The notes: a model not told the origin generated them from the letters alone. A DNA stretch of 64,000 bases from an uncultured Verrucomicrobiae bacterium (GCA_963756875.1 CAVWPA010000003.1:1536001-1600000), one strand, 5' to 3'; shown: positions 26,456 to 38,709, counted from the stretch's first letter. Made by a program: numbers and translations.

Positions 26456-26908
26456 ATGCGGCGCCTTTCTCACATCGGGGACGATGGCCGGGCGCAAATG
26501 GTGGATGTATCGACCAAGCCGCTGAGCGCGCGTGTGGCGGTGGCAACAGGCAGGATCAAACTTCAACGCAAGACGCTCGATTTAATCTCGAAGAACCGAA
26601 TCGCGAAAGGAGACGTGATCGCGACCGCCCGGCTGGCCGGGATTCAGGCGGCCAAGAAAACCGCGCATCTGATTCCGCTCTGTCACACGATTCCGCTGGG
26701 CGATGTGAAAGTCGATATCGTTACCGGGCGCGGAAGGGCCGAGGTCAAGTGCACGGCGCGCACCGTCGCGCAGACCGGCGTGGAAATGGAAGCGCTCACC
26801 GGAGTGACCGTTGCGCTGCTCACGATTTACGACATGTGCAAGGCGGTGGATAAAAAGATGGAAATTTTCGATATTCGGTTGGTGGAAAAAACGAAGAGGA
26901 AACTGTAG
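26456..26908 (+). CDS. moaC: Cyclic pyranopterin monophosphate synthase
   Basis: MVDVS.K, LIPLCH, TGVEMEAL, IYDMCKAVD. Confidence 0.96.
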   Translation: MRRLSHIGDDGRAQMVDVSTKPLSARVAVATGRIKLQRKTLDLISKNRIAKGDVIATARLAGIQAAKKTAHLIPLCHTIPLGDVKVDIVTGRGRAEVKCTARTVAQTGVEMEALTGVTVALLTIYDMCKAVDKKMEIFDIRLVEKTKRKL

Positions 26909-27019
26909 CGGCCCCGAAAGTTTTCGGGGTCGCTCGAATTGTGAAATAGAAATCATGCGACGGTCATCCGCCTTCGCCCGGCTACGGCGCGACAGGTAGA
27001 CCGCCGCTACAGAAGAGAT

Positions 27020-27502
27020 ATGCAGATCACCGTCGGAATCATTACGATCTCGGACAGGGCCAGCGCGGGCGAATATAAGGACCTTGGCGGGCCGGCATTA
27101 AAAAAAGCGGCGGAAGATTTGGGCTGGCAGGTACTGGCGGAAGCGATTGTGCCTGACAACCTGCAACGCATTCAGGATGCAGTCCGTTCGTTTGCCAAAC
27201 AGGGCTGCGGTTTGATCCTGACGACCGGGGGGACCGGGATCAGCCCGCGCGACGTTACACCGGAAGCCATCCGCGCTGTCATGCGCGTGGAATTACCGGG
27301 GTTTGGCGAGGTGATGCGTGCCGAGTCGATGAAAATCACGCCGAACGCGATTCTTTCGCGCAATCTTGCGGCGGTTGTCGATGGCGCGGTGGTCATCGCA
27401 CTTCCGGGCAAACCGAGCGGCGCGGTGGAATGTCTCGGCTTTGTGACGGGCGCCATTCCGCATGCGGTCGCAGTGGCACAGGGAACGCCGACCTCGTGTT
27501 GA
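27020..27502 (+). CDS. mog: MogA/MoaB-family molybdopterin adenylyltransferase
   Basis: ITISDRAS, TTGGTGISPRDVTPEA, LPGFGE.MR, LPGKP. Confidence 0.88.
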   Translation: MQITVGIITISDRASAGEYKDLGGPALKKAAEDLGWQVLAEAIVPDNLQRIQDAVRSFAKQGCGLILTTGGTGISPRDVTPEAIRAVMRVELPGFGEVMRAESMKITPNAILSRNLAAVVDGAVVIALPGKPSGAVECLGFVTGAIPHAVAVAQGTPTSC

Positions 27503-27505
27503 GTG

Positions 27506-27557
27506 GCAGGGTCGGCGCGCTGCGCCGACCGGACGCCGCAGCGCGGCGTCCCTGCCT
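27506..27557. repeat. REP-like palindromic doublet (second copy at 44819-44870)
   Basis: ggcagggtcggcgcgctgcgccgaccggacgccgcagcgcggcgtccctgcc. Confidence 0.8.
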
Positions 27558-27559
27558 TT

Positions 27560-28603
27560 TCAATCCGGGTAAACGAGAAGACGCATTGTTTTCTGGCCGT
27601 GCTCGGACAGATGCGCCCGTTTTCCCCGACCGGCGATTTCGTCGTGTGTCAGGTGAGAGCAATCGATCTTGGTTTTGTTTACGTAGGTGAGGCGCGGCTC
27701 CGAAACCGGCTCGTCGCTCGGTTCGATTTTTAGCGGCAATCCCGAGCGGGCGAAAGAGACTTCCCACGAGACTGTTTTTTTGTCCGCGCTGCCTTTTACC
27801 ATCCAGGGATAACGTTTCGGCAACTCGAAGTAGCCCGATCTGGGCACGGTCACTTTATAAAATGTTTCTTCGGCATCGAGGAATTGCGGAATGGTGAGGG
27901 AAGGATTTCTGCGCAGCTCGAGATAAAGCCGCGCGATGTCCAGGCCGTCGAGATTGATTCCATTGTAAATGCCGTGGTAGTTCGGTTCTTTCGGATAGAA
28001 ATGGTCGTACCACGCCTGGAAATGATCACTGATCATCAGGTTCAATTCGAGATGGACGTGTGCGCGTGCCTGATTAATTCCCGTCCCGGTATGGCCCATT
28101 ACTGCGATATGTTCGCCGCGCTGCACGCTCTGGCCGGTCTGAACGTCGATGGCGCTGAGGTGCCCGTACAGGCTGTAGTAGGGCGAGCCGCCCCAGCGAT
28201 GTTCGATGACGATATATCTTCCGTAGTTTGAATGTCCCGCAATGGCGCTGGTGTAAACGACGCGCCCGTCAGCGATGGCGCGGACTTCATCGAGTGGTTC
28301 GCCGCGGTCGCTGCGATGGAGACAGCGAATGTCGATGCCTTCGTGAAAGCGGGTATAGACAATGCCGATGGCGGTCTGCATCGGATCGCGAACGAACCCG
28401 TATTGGCCGCCCTCCCATGGTGTCGATTTCACACCTTTATAATCGCGCTCGATGTATTGATAAAATGCAGGGCCGCCGCCGTGAAAAAGCGCGTCGTTAT
28501 CAGTCGGCAAGCTGAGCTCGATGACATCCCCTTGCGCAAACATGACGGTGCTCGAGCAGAGAAACAGCGCAAGCGCAGCGGCGGACCACAGGGGAATCTT
28601 CAT
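27560..28603 (-). CDS. M23-family metallopeptidase
   Basis: FHEGIDI, YSLYGHL, GHTG, HVHLE; signal peptide. Confidence 0.9.
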   Translation of the reverse strand: MKIPLWSAAALALFLCSSTVMFAQGDVIELSLPTDNDALFHGGGPAFYQYIERDYKGVKSTPWEGGQYGFVRDPMQTAIGIVYTRFHEGIDIRCLHRSDRGEPLDEVRAIADGRVVYTSAIAGHSNYGRYIVIEHRWGGSPYYSLYGHLSAIDVQTGQSVQRGEHIAVMGHTGTGINQARAHVHLELNLMISDHFQAWYDHFYPKEPNYHGIYNGINLDGLDIARLYLELRRNPSLTIPQFLDAEETFYKVTVPRSGYFELPKRYPWMVKGSADKKTVSWEVSFARSGLPLKIEPSDEPVSEPRLTYVNKTKIDCSHLTHDEIAGRGKRAHLSEHGQKTMRLLVYPD

Positions 28604-28611
28604 TTTATTCC

Positions 28612-28748
28612 GGGGAGCACAGGCTGCCAGCCTGTAGTTCGCGGCAGCCTGCCGCGAACAATGGTCGTGTTCGCAGGCCCGGAATCGGCAGCAAAGCATG
28701 CGTTTGGCAAGGCTGCCAAACGTTACAGGCTGGCAGCCTGTGCTCCCC
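28612..28748. repeat. REP-like inverted doublet
   Basis: ggggagcacaggctgccagcctgt ... acaggctggcagcctgtgctcccc. Confidence 0.8.
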
Positions 28749-28779
28749 AGAAACAGATCAGAACGCATCAAGTCCAGGG

Positions 28780-29259
28780 TTACCGTTTCTTTTTTTGGCC
28801 GATCACGCGCCAGTCTTTCTTCATCGAATCGATGTCGGCTTTTGTGAGTCCGGATTCGACATAGATTTTGCCGTCGGACACGCGCCGGTCGATTTGCAAT
28901 TCACTCACGGGGCGTCCATTGATAAAAACAAAAAGCAGGCGACCCCGCTTCTCGATGCTTAGTGTATCGAGAGCCAGAGTGCCGTGTTGATCAAGTTGAA
29001 CCAGCGCGCCGTAAGTCCCATTTGCCGCCGAGTACGGATAAAACGCCGCCACGTCGTGTTCCGTAATGCGGGGCACTCTTTCGATCGCGACCTCCTGTCC
29101 CGAGAACCGGGCGTGGACCGACGTGGCAAAGGCCGCCGTGTCGTTGGCGTTGGCTTCCACGTGCACGCGAAACATGCAATGGCGGCCTTTTGCGGTGACG
29201 TAGGTGACGCAGGTGACGGCGAGGAAAGCGAGGAACGCGCTCGTGCAAGCTGTTTTCAT
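28780..29259 (-). CDS. Secreted hypothetical protein
   Basis: Signal-like N-terminus; divergent from the 29329 gene. Confidence 0.7.
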   Translation of the reverse strand: MKTACTSAFLAFLAVTCVTYVTAKGRHCMFRVHVEANANDTAAFATSVHARFSGQEVAIERVPRITEHDVAAFYPYSAANGTYGALVQLDQHGTLALDTLSIEKRGRLLFVFINGRPVSELQIDRRVSDGKIYVESGLTKADIDSMKKDWRVIGQKKKR

Positions 29260-29328
29260 GGTCGATTGATAAAGAGTTTGACACAAATCTTGCAACCCCG
29301 AAAGGTTTCGGGGCTGTTTAACCCGCGC

Positions 29329-29871
29329 ATGATCCGAAGCGTTGCCTTCCTTATTTTGATGGTCGCGATTGCGGCGCAGGCGTGTGCGCAGGAGCCGCCG
29401 TTGATGCCGACGCCCACGCCGGCGAAACGAAGCTGGTTTCACCGGATTCTGCATCCATTCTCTTCTTCCGGTCCGCAGCTTCCACGCTATAAAAATCCCA
29501 AGTTGCGAGGCCTTACACTTGAGGTGCAGGTCTCGCCGCAGCCGTTAAAACTTTCCGAGGTCCGGCAGCTTAACGTCAAGGCGATTCTGAAAAGTGACGC
29601 AAAAGGCCCCATCACGCTCGATTTTCCGACCGATCAGCGCATTGAGATTTATTTGATGGACTCGGAGGGAAAGATCCTTACCAAATGGTCCGACAACCAT
29701 GCCTTCAGCGAGACGCCGGGCATCGTCACGATTAATCCCCAGGAACACGTCGAATACGATGACACCATCGCGACGCGCGATCTGACTCCGAACAAGGTTT
29801 TTATCGCGGCAGTTTCCTTTCCAAAGTATCCTGACTTAAAGGCGCATCAGAAATTCATGACCGCGCCGTGA
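29329..29871 (+). CDS. Secreted protein with BsuPI-like (proteinase inhibitor) domain
   Basis: ITLDFPTDQRIEI......LTKWSDNHAF. Confidence 0.65.
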   Translation: MIRSVAFLILMVAIAAQACAQEPPLMPTPTPAKRSWFHRILHPFSSSGPQLPRYKNPKLRGLTLEVQVSPQPLKLSEVRQLNVKAILKSDAKGPITLDFPTDQRIEIYLMDSEGKILTKWSDNHAFSETPGIVTINPQEHVEYDDTIATRDLTPNKVFIAAVSFPKYPDLKAHQKFMTAP

Positions 29872-29901
29872 GGGAAGTTGATAGTTGGTAGTTGATTGTT
29901 G

Positions 29902-30726
29902 ATGGTCTCGAATGTGTCTCTCTCTCAACTCTCAACTATAAACTATCAACTCTTCTCGGATTACCACACTCATCCGCAGGGGAATGGGGTCCAGGCGTAC
30001 TCGCAGGAACTTTTGCAACCATGGGCCGACAGCGCCCGGCGGCATGGCCTGCGCGATATCGCATTTACGGATCACGACCGGTTTCATGCGGGAGTCGATT
30101 TCGACGAAATCGACCGGCTTGGTGAAAAGAACAGCGATCTCAGGATCCGGGGCGGGATTGAGCTTGATAACGACCCGAAAAGTTCGGCGGCGGGACGTGG
30201 ATGGGTTGAGAAGAATTGGGACAAACTCGATTTCGTTCTCGGTTCGGTGCATTACCTCGGGCACCCGACCCAGATGTTCGACGAAGTTCCGGCGGGCGCG
30301 GGGCAATTCGCCGATCGCGATATCGACGAGATTTATGCGGATTATTTTCGTCGGGTCCGCGAAATTGCGGCCAGCGGCCTGGTTGATTGCCTCGCGCATT
30401 TCGACCTGATCAAAATTCACGGTCACCGCCCGGATTCGAACCTTCGGATGCTGGTCGATGAGACGCTCGATTTCATTCGCGCGCGCGATCTGTCGATCGA
30501 ACTTTCCACAGCGGGCTGGCGCAAGCCGGTCAACGAACTTTATCCGTCGGACGAAATTATCCGGCTTGCGATGGAGAAGGGGATTTCGTTTACGACTGCT
30601 TCGGATGCACATTCGCATGCGCAGCTGGGCGACAAATTCGAACGGTTGGCGCAGAAGATGGCGGCTTTAGGCGTGCGTGAGGTCTGCGTTTACGAAAAGC
30701 ACAAGCGGGAAATTCGACAACTGTAG
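29902..30726 (+). CDS. PHP-family histidinol-phosphatase (HisJ-like); start uncertain
   Basis: DYHTH, FTDH, GIELD, DFVLGSVH, LAHFDL, SDAH. Confidence 0.88.
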   Translation: MVSNVSLSQLSTINYQLFSDYHTHPQGNGVQAYSQELLQPWADSARRHGLRDIAFTDHDRFHAGVDFDEIDRLGEKNSDLRIRGGIELDNDPKSSAAGRGWVEKNWDKLDFVLGSVHYLGHPTQMFDEVPAGAGQFADRDIDEIYADYFRRVREIAASGLVDCLAHFDLIKIHGHRPDSNLRMLVDETLDFIRARDLSIELSTAGWRKPVNELYPSDEIIRLAMEKGISFTTASDAHSHAQLGDKFERLAQKMAALGVREVCVYEKHKREIRQL

Positions 30727-30778
30727 AGGCGGCCGTGTCGGCCGCATTCCCGTGGAAAAGCAGGCGAAACGCCTGCCA

Positions 30779-31075
30779 CTACAATCCCAGGCCGCCGGTG
30801 ATCTTTGTCATTTCCGAATGAGCGAGCGCTTTGCCTTGCTCGATTGCCTGTTTTACGCCGCTCAGGATCATTTCCTCGAGGAATTCCACATCGTTCGGGT
30901 CGACAATTTCCTTGTCGATTTTGATTGAGATCACATCGCCGGCGCCGTTCGCGACTACTTTGACTTTTCCTCCGCCGGCGGCCACTTCCACGGTTTTCTC
31001 TTCGAGATCAGCCTGGGTTTTGGCCATCTGCTCCTGCATCTTCTGCGCCTGCTTCATTAACTTGTTCAAGTTCAT
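30779..31075 (-). CDS. ybaB: YbaB/EbfC nucleoid-associated protein
   Basis: MKQAQKMQ...AGGGKVKV..NG; downstream of dnaX. Confidence 0.93.
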   Translation of the reverse strand: MNLNKLMKQAQKMQEQMAKTQADLEEKTVEVAAGGGKVKVVANGAGDVISIKIDKEIVDPNDVEFLEEMILSGVKQAIEQGKALAHSEMTKITGGLGL

Positions 31076-31092
31076 AGGTTTTAGATGGTTCC

Positions 31093-32778
<1,686 letters not shown>

Positions 32779-32900
32779 GCGCTCAATCTAAATGCGTTGA
32801 TTGAAGCGTGAAAACAGAAAATCAAAATCATTTGGGAGGATTAATCGGATTTTCATGATTTTCATTGAGCATTGGACGTTGAACGTTGAACGTCTTCTGC

Positions 32901-34151
32901 ATGTGCCAAAGGCCGAGATCCATCTTCGGGCTCCTGTTCGTGCTCGTAATCGTGCTCGATTCCTCGGCGCGCGAGCCGCAGAAGCATCCGCCGGCCAGGC
33001 CGACAACCGAAACCAAAGTTGTTCGGGCGCGCGATCTCGGGGTTCCATTCGATGGAACGCCCGGAAAATGGAACGCCATCACGGATGTCGCCGGCGTGGA
33101 GGTCGGTTATACAACGTTGATCCGTGGCGAAGGCAAGCTTGTGGCCGGCAAGGGCCCGGTGCGCACCGGAGTCACTGCAATCATTCCGCGCGGGCACGAG
33201 TCGTTGAACGATCCGGTTTACGCTGGCGTCTTCGCGTTAAATGGGAATGGCGAGATGACAGGAACAGCCTGGGTGGAGGAGAGCGGATTTCTCGAAGGTC
33301 CCGTTGTGATCACAAATACGCACAGTGTCGGTGTGGCAAGAGACGCGACGATTGCGTGGCGATTCAAGCATGGCGCTGCCGATAAGACCGGTTACTGGTG
33401 GAGTCTGCCGGTGGTTGCCGAAACCTGGGACGGCTGGCTCAACGATATCAATGGCTTTCACGTGAAACCCGAAGATGTTTTTCACGCGCTTGATTCCGCA
33501 CACGGCGGTCCGGTCGAAGAGGGAAGTGTCGGCGGCGGGACAGGGATGATCTGTTACGAGTTCAAGGGTGGCAACGGGACCGCATCGCGAAAGATCGAGA
33601 TCAAGGCTGACAAGCCGCAGTCCGCGGGAAGCAGCGAAGAATCCGGCACTTCGTCCCGTAGTTACACGGTCGGCGTTTTCGTGCAGGCAAATTGCGGGCG
33701 CAGACCGCAGCTCACGATTGCGGGCGTTCCGGTGGGCAAGGAAATACCGGGCTCGGTTTACAAGCAAGAAGCAGGCTCGATCATCATCGTGGTTGCGACA
33801 GACGCGCCGTTGCTGCCAACTCAACTGAAACGTCTCGCCAAGCGCGCATCGCTGGGGCTCGCTCGTACTGGCAGTGTTTCCGGCAACGGCTCGGGCGATT
33901 TGTTCATCGCGTTCTCGACTGCGAATCCGAACGTTGCCAATTCGGACGCGGTCACACATTCAATCCAAACCGTCCCCAACGACCTCATGGATCCGATTTT
34001 CACCGGTGTGGTGCAGGCGACCGAGGAAGCAATTGTAAATGCGTTGGTTGACAATCACGGCATGACCGGTCGCGATGATCATCATGTCGATGCTCTTCCG
34101 CGCGATCGTCTGCGCGAAATCCTGAAGAAGTACAATCGTCTCCAGCAATGA
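32901..34151 (+). CDS. DmpA/P1 (S58) family aminopeptidase
   Basis: RARDLG, NAITDVAGVEVG, NGNGEMTG, GSIIIVVATDAPL. Confidence 0.9.
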   Translation: MCQRPRSIFGLLFVLVIVLDSSAREPQKHPPARPTTETKVVRARDLGVPFDGTPGKWNAITDVAGVEVGYTTLIRGEGKLVAGKGPVRTGVTAIIPRGHESLNDPVYAGVFALNGNGEMTGTAWVEESGFLEGPVVITNTHSVGVARDATIAWRFKHGAADKTGYWWSLPVVAETWDGWLNDINGFHVKPEDVFHALDSAHGGPVEEGSVGGGTGMICYEFKGGNGTASRKIEIKADKPQSAGSSEESGTSSRSYTVGVFVQANCGRRPQLTIAGVPVGKEIPGSVYKQEAGSIIIVVATDAPLLPTQLKRLAKRASLGLARTGSVSGNGSGDLFIAFSTANPNVANSDAVTHSIQTVPNDLMDPIFTGVVQATEEAIVNALVDNHGMTGRDDHHVDALPRDRLREILKKYNRLQQ

Positions 34152-34176
34152 AGCTCGTGCACCGAAGGGATTAAAA

Positions 34177-34545
34177 ATGGTTAAGGTCGAGATTGATCAA
34201 CCGAAGAGGCTGCTTGTGATTCGCTATCACGGACGAATCGGTCCCGGCGCGGTAAAGCAAGCCCTGAAAGAAGTGGGAGCCGGGCTCGAGAAATTGGAAT
34301 CTGGTTTTCAGCTGCTGGTAGATCTGAGCGAATTGGAGTCGATGGAAGTTTCCGCGGCGCCTCACGTGGAAAAAATCATGGACTTATGCAACGAGAAAGG
34401 CGTGACCAGGGTAGTGAGAATCATTCCTGATCCTCACCGCGACATTGGTTTGCAGATCATGTCTTATTTTCATTACGGAACGGGCGTTCACATCGTCACC
34501 TGCCAGACCGTGGCCGAAGCGAATGAAATACTCGGGCAAAATTAG
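34177..34545 (+). CDS. Hypothetical protein
   Basis: 122-aa ORF between DmpA and the convergent OCD gene. Confidence 0.7.
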   Translation: MVKVEIDQPKRLLVIRYHGRIGPGAVKQALKEVGAGLEKLESGFQLLVDLSELESMEVSAAPHVEKIMDLCNEKGVTRVVRIIPDPHRDIGLQIMSYFHYGTGVHIVTCQTVAEANEILGQN

Positions 34546-35447
34546 CCTGCCGCGGATCGATGGACCAAAAGCGCCGCGGCAATGTCTTCCACCGCCAGTC
34601 CGAGCGATTTGAAGATCGTGGTCTCGTTCGCGCGCGAAGGACCTTTGCCTGCGAACGCTTCGCCCAGCTCGGCGTAGATTTTTGCGCCGGACAAAATCAC
34701 GTCGCCCGATTCATTCATTGCGGCTTCGCGCGAATCGACGAAGACCACATTCGCCATTGTTTCGTTATCCAGTTCGCGCCAATCGGCACGACACGCGCCG
34801 ACCGCGTTGACATGGCAGCCGGGCTTTAACCATCCGCCGTTTAAAACGGGTGTGCGCGAACTTGTGGCGGTGACGACAACGTCAGCGCCGCGCACTGCTT
34901 CCTCCGCAGACGTGGCTGTCGCGCCGATTTCTTTTGCGAGCTGCTCGGCATGCGCTTTCGTCGGACTCCAGACGCGAATTTCTTCAAATTGCCTGACGAG
35001 TCCCAGCGCCTCCGCATGACTGCGCGCCTGAACGCCGCTGCCGAGGATCGCAAGAACTCTGGCATCCGGCGGCGCAAGAAGTTTTGTTGCAGCCGCTGAA
35101 ACCGCGGCGGTGCGCATCTCTGTGATCAGCCGGCCGTCCATTATTGCGAGCGGCGCTCCGGTTTCCGGATCGGCGAGAAAAATCGTTGCCATGTGTGTTG
35201 GCAGACCGCGTCCCGCATTCGGGGGATAGAAGGTCACGATTTTCAGGCCGAGTCCGTCGGCCAGAGCAGGCATGATTCCGAAAAATCCGCCATGCGCGTC
35301 GACCGGGATGATCGAGCGTAGCGGCTGTATCACCCTGCCCGCTGAAAAATCGAACAGCGCTTTTTCCATCACCGGAATCAGCTCTTCCATCCTCAGATGC
35401 TGCCGTACCTGTTCTTCGTCGAGATATAAAGGCTGGCTGATTTGCAT
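34542..35447 (-). CDS. Ornithine cyclodeaminase / mu-crystallin family
   Basis: ITEMRTAAVSA, LGSGVQA, VNAVGA, FKSLGLAVED. Confidence 0.92.
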   Translation of the reverse strand: MQISQPLYLDEEQVRQHLRMEELIPVMEKALFDFSAGRVIQPLRSIIPVDAHGGFFGIMPALADGLGLKIVTFYPPNAGRGLPTHMATIFLADPETGAPLAIMDGRLITEMRTAAVSAAATKLLAPPDARVLAILGSGVQARSHAEALGLVRQFEEIRVWSPTKAHAEQLAKEIGATATSAEEAVRGADVVVTATSSRTPVLNGGWLKPGCHVNAVGACRADWRELDNETMANVVFVDSREAAMNESGDVILSGAKIYAELGEAFAGKGPSRANETTIFKSLGLAVEDIAAALLVHRSAAG

Positions 35448-35580
35448 TGGGCGTTGACCTCCGGAGCGTAGAGCCGTTTTAGCGGCGCTTGTTCCCACAG
35501 GCAAGTTAACCGATTGGTGATCTGCGGCCTTTGGAACAAGATTAGCTTTACACACGGCCAAAATTGGAGGAATCACCAAG

Positions 35581-36006
35581 ATGGCAATGTTTACGCGAAG
35601 GACCGACCCTGTGACTCCAGCATCCCAGCCGGCGGCACCATCTCTAACTTCACAACAATCTAATTCCGCACCTGCTCCGGCCCCGTCCGGTGGTATTCTC
35701 TCGCGTGGAGTTTCCATCAAAGGCTCCGTCAAATTTACGAACGAGCTGCTGATTGACGGTGAAGTGGAAGGCGAAATCAATTCGACCGGCACACTCACGG
35801 TCGGCGAGCACGCCCGAATTCGTGGCGAGATCAAGGCGAAATCGGTGAAAGTGAAGGGGAACGTCGAGGGCAATATCTCGGCGACAGAACGCTGCGAGCT
35901 CCAGCCCGGCTGCACGTTGCACGGCGACATCGAAGCGCCGCGATTGGTGGTTGACGAGAACGCCAGCTTCTTCGGCAGCGCCAAAGTCGCGACGAAAAAG
36001 CAGTAA
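35581..36006 (+). CDS. Bactofilin (polymer-forming cytoskeletal protein)
   Basis: IKGSVKF...IDGEVEGEI...VGEHARIRGEI...LHGDI. Confidence 0.9.
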   Translation: MAMFTRRTDPVTPASQPAAPSLTSQQSNSAPAPAPSGGILSRGVSIKGSVKFTNELLIDGEVEGEINSTGTLTVGEHARIRGEIKAKSVKVKGNVEGNISATERCELQPGCTLHGDIEAPRLVVDENASFFGSAKVATKKQ

Positions 36007-36340
36007 AAGCCGGCAGTTCAATTGCGGATCACTCAACGCGGCTTTCGCTGCCAGTGGCGTTCACCCGCGAATCACGCGAATGAACGCGAATACGAAAGTG
36101 CAGCGGCAACGGCGCTTTCATAACCGCCCCCTTTTTTGATTCGCGTTCATTGGCGTGATTCGCGGGTTGAGAAATCTTCGCAAGACTTCGGTTGCGTTGA
36201 AGAGGATCCGCTAAAAAACCCGCCTTCGCCTGGCTTCGGCGCGGCAGGCGCTAAAAAAACACGAAAGGTTCGGGTAAGAACCTTTATCGGTTTTGTTTGG
36301 CGCCATTTAGCATATTTGGCGGACCATGTCCTTCTGACAC

Positions 36341-36541
36341 CTAGTCTTCCAACTCCTCGAACATTTCCCGCTTTAAATTCTGGCGTGCTGCCTTCTTGAC
36401 TGCGCGGCGCGCCGCCGCGACTGCCTGTTTCTCCTTTTGCCGATCTTTCCGCGTGCGTTTGTCGATTCCGGCCGGCAAATGCGAGATCATGGGCCGTTGA
36501 GCGCCTACCTTGTGTTCGTTCGGCTTCGCGTACGGATCCAT
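36341..36541 (-). CDS. Small basic hypothetical protein
   Basis: 66-aa K/R-rich ORF in an intergenic position. Confidence 0.6.
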   Translation of the reverse strand: MDPYAKPNEHKVGAQRPMISHLPAGIDKRTRKDRQKEKQAVAAARRAVKKAARQNLKREMFEELED

Positions 36542-36632
36542 CGCCGCAATGTATCACCGGGGCGCCCTGCTTGAACTCATTTTCGCTGCTGTAGATCGCT
36601 CGGGGAAGTGGTAGCTTGCATGGAAGATCGAG

Positions 36633-37919
36633 ATGAAGATTGCGTCGACATGCTTGGCTTTCTGGCTGGTGTGCGCGGCTACCACTCCGGCGGCGGAGAA
36701 GGTTTCTCTGATCAAAATCGACGGAGCGATCGGTCCGGCGACTGCGAGTTACATTTCGCGAAGTATCGATGAAGCCCGGACGCAGAACGCACAATGCTTG
36801 ATCGTTCAACTCAACACGCCGGGCGGTTTGCTCGATTCGACGCAAAAGATCGTGCAAGACTTTTTGGGGTCGCCTGTGCCAGTGGTAGTTTACGTCGCTC
36901 CGACGGGCGCGACCGCGACCAGCGCCGGTTGTTTCATTACGATCGCCGCAAGCGTCGCGGCAATGGCGCCGGCCACGACCATTGGTGCAGCGCATCCGGT
37001 GACGTTGGGGGGTGGTTCGACCGGCGGCGAACAGAAGCTCGACGAAACGATGAAACAGAAGCTTGAGAATTTTTCTGTAAGCTACATGGAGGCAATTGCG
37101 GCGCGGCGCCATCACAACGTCGAGTGGGCCAAATCGGCCGTGCGTGAGAGCGCGTCTATCAGCGCAGAGAAAGCGCTCCAGTTAAAAGTCATCGATTTGA
37201 TCGCTGTCGATCGTACGGAGTTGCTGAAGCAGTTAAATGGACGCGTGGTGGATGGCAAGACGCTCCAGACCGCAGGCGCAGAGGTCGTGGAGATTAAGAT
37301 GTCGGCGTCCGAACGCGTCTTCCAAAAGCTCTGGCGACCCGAAGTCATGTTCATTCTCATGCTCATTGCGATCTACGGAATCATCGGTGAAATGACCACG
37401 CCTGGCGCGATTCTGCCTGGGGTGGTTGGCGCGATTGCGTTGATCCTTGCGCTCTATATGGCGGCGATTCTGCCGGTCAACGTGACCGGACTTGTGTTGA
37501 TCGCGCTCGCACTGATGCTTTTCATCTTTGATGTTTATGCGCCCACGCACGGTGTTCTGACTATGAGCGGGATCATTTCATTTCTGATCGGCTCGCTCAT
37601 GCTCTTCAACCGCGCCGATCCACTCTTTCGTTTATCGCTCAGCTTCATCATTCCGGCGACACTGGTTACCGCGGCGTTCTTTGTTTTCGTCGTTGGAAAG
37701 GGTTTGCGCGCGCAGCTCTGGCCCGTGAAGGCCGGAGCGGAAACGATGATCGGAAGAAAAGTGACCGCGTTGACGCTAATCGATTCGCACGGCGGCAGGA
37801 TCTTCGTCGAAGGCGAGTATTGGAACGCGGTCAGCGACCGACCCATCGAGAAAGGCGAAGCCGTAGAGATCGCAGCGGTGCAAGGATTAACTCTAAAAGT
37901 AAAAACCATAGAAGACTAA
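36633..37919 (+). CDS. nfeD: NfeD-family membrane-bound protease
   Basis: LNTPGGL, ATSAG, IGAAHPV, C-terminal GEYWNA OB domain. Confidence 0.92.
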   Translation: MKIASTCLAFWLVCAATTPAAEKVSLIKIDGAIGPATASYISRSIDEARTQNAQCLIVQLNTPGGLLDSTQKIVQDFLGSPVPVVVYVAPTGATATSAGCFITIAASVAAMAPATTIGAAHPVTLGGGSTGGEQKLDETMKQKLENFSVSYMEAIAARRHHNVEWAKSAVRESASISAEKALQLKVIDLIAVDRTELLKQLNGRVVDGKTLQTAGAEVVEIKMSASERVFQKLWRPEVMFILMLIAIYGIIGEMTTPGAILPGVVGAIALILALYMAAILPVNVTGLVLIALALMLFIFDVYAPTHGVLTMSGIISFLIGSLMLFNRADPLFRLSLSFIIPATLVTAAFFVFVVGKGLRAQLWPVKAGAETMIGRKVTALTLIDSHGGRIFVEGEYWNAVSDRPIEKGEAVEIAAVQGLTLKVKTIED

Positions 37920-37923
37920 AGCC

Positions 37924-38709
37924 ATGTCATTATCCGAAGGACCATTGAAGTTAATTAGTTGGCTCATACCCCTCATCATCCTGGGTGTGATCATGCTGCC
38001 CCAGGCCATCCGCATCCTGCGCGAATACGAACGGGGTGTGATTTTCCGGCTCGGAAAATTACTCGGCGCGAAAGGGCCGGGGCTGATTTTCCTCATCCCG
38101 ATTGTCGATCGAATGGTGCGAATGGATTTGCGCGTTGTGACGATCAACGTCGAACGACAAGAGGTGATGACGCGTGACAACGTGCCGGTGACGGTTGATG
38201 CGGTCGTTTATTTCCGCGTGGTCGATCCGCAAGCCGCGGTGGTGAAAGTGGTGAATTTTCTCCAAGCGACCTCGCTCATTGCCCAGACCACGCTGCGCAG
38301 CGTGCTCGGCCAGGCCCCCCTGGATGACCTGCTTTCGCAGCGCGAGTCGATCAACCTGAAGTTGCAGGAGATCATCGACCGGCAAACCGAGCCATGGGGG
38401 GTGAAAGTCACGGCGGTCGAGGTAAAGGACGTGGCGCTGCCCGACACCATGAAACGCGCCATGGCCAAGCAGGCCGAAGCCGAGCGCGAGCGCCGCGCAA
38501 AGATCGTCAACGCCGAGGGCGAATTTCAGGCCGCGGAAAAAATGGTGCAGGCCGCCGCGATGATGAGCAAAGAGCCGATTGCGCTGCAACTGCGTTTCCT
38601 GCAAACTATGCGTGAAATTTCCAGCGAGCACAATACGACGACGTTTCTTCCAGTTCCGATCGATCTCTTCGCACCCTTCACGAACAAAGGCGGGCCACCC
38701 AAGCCATAG
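37924..38709 (+). CDS. Slipin/SPFH (stomatin-like) protein
   Basis: EYERGVIFRLG, QTTLRSVLG, AEAERERRAK. Confidence 0.93.
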   Translation: MSLSEGPLKLISWLIPLIILGVIMLPQAIRILREYERGVIFRLGKLLGAKGPGLIFLIPIVDRMVRMDLRVVTINVERQEVMTRDNVPVTVDAVVYFRVVDPQAAVVKVVNFLQATSLIAQTTLRSVLGQAPLDDLLSQRESINLKLQEIIDRQTEPWGVKVTAVEVKDVALPDTMKRAMAKQAEAERERRAKIVNAEGEFQAAEKMVQAAAMMSKEPIALQLRFLQTMREISSEHNTTTFLPVPIDLFAPFTNKGGPPKP

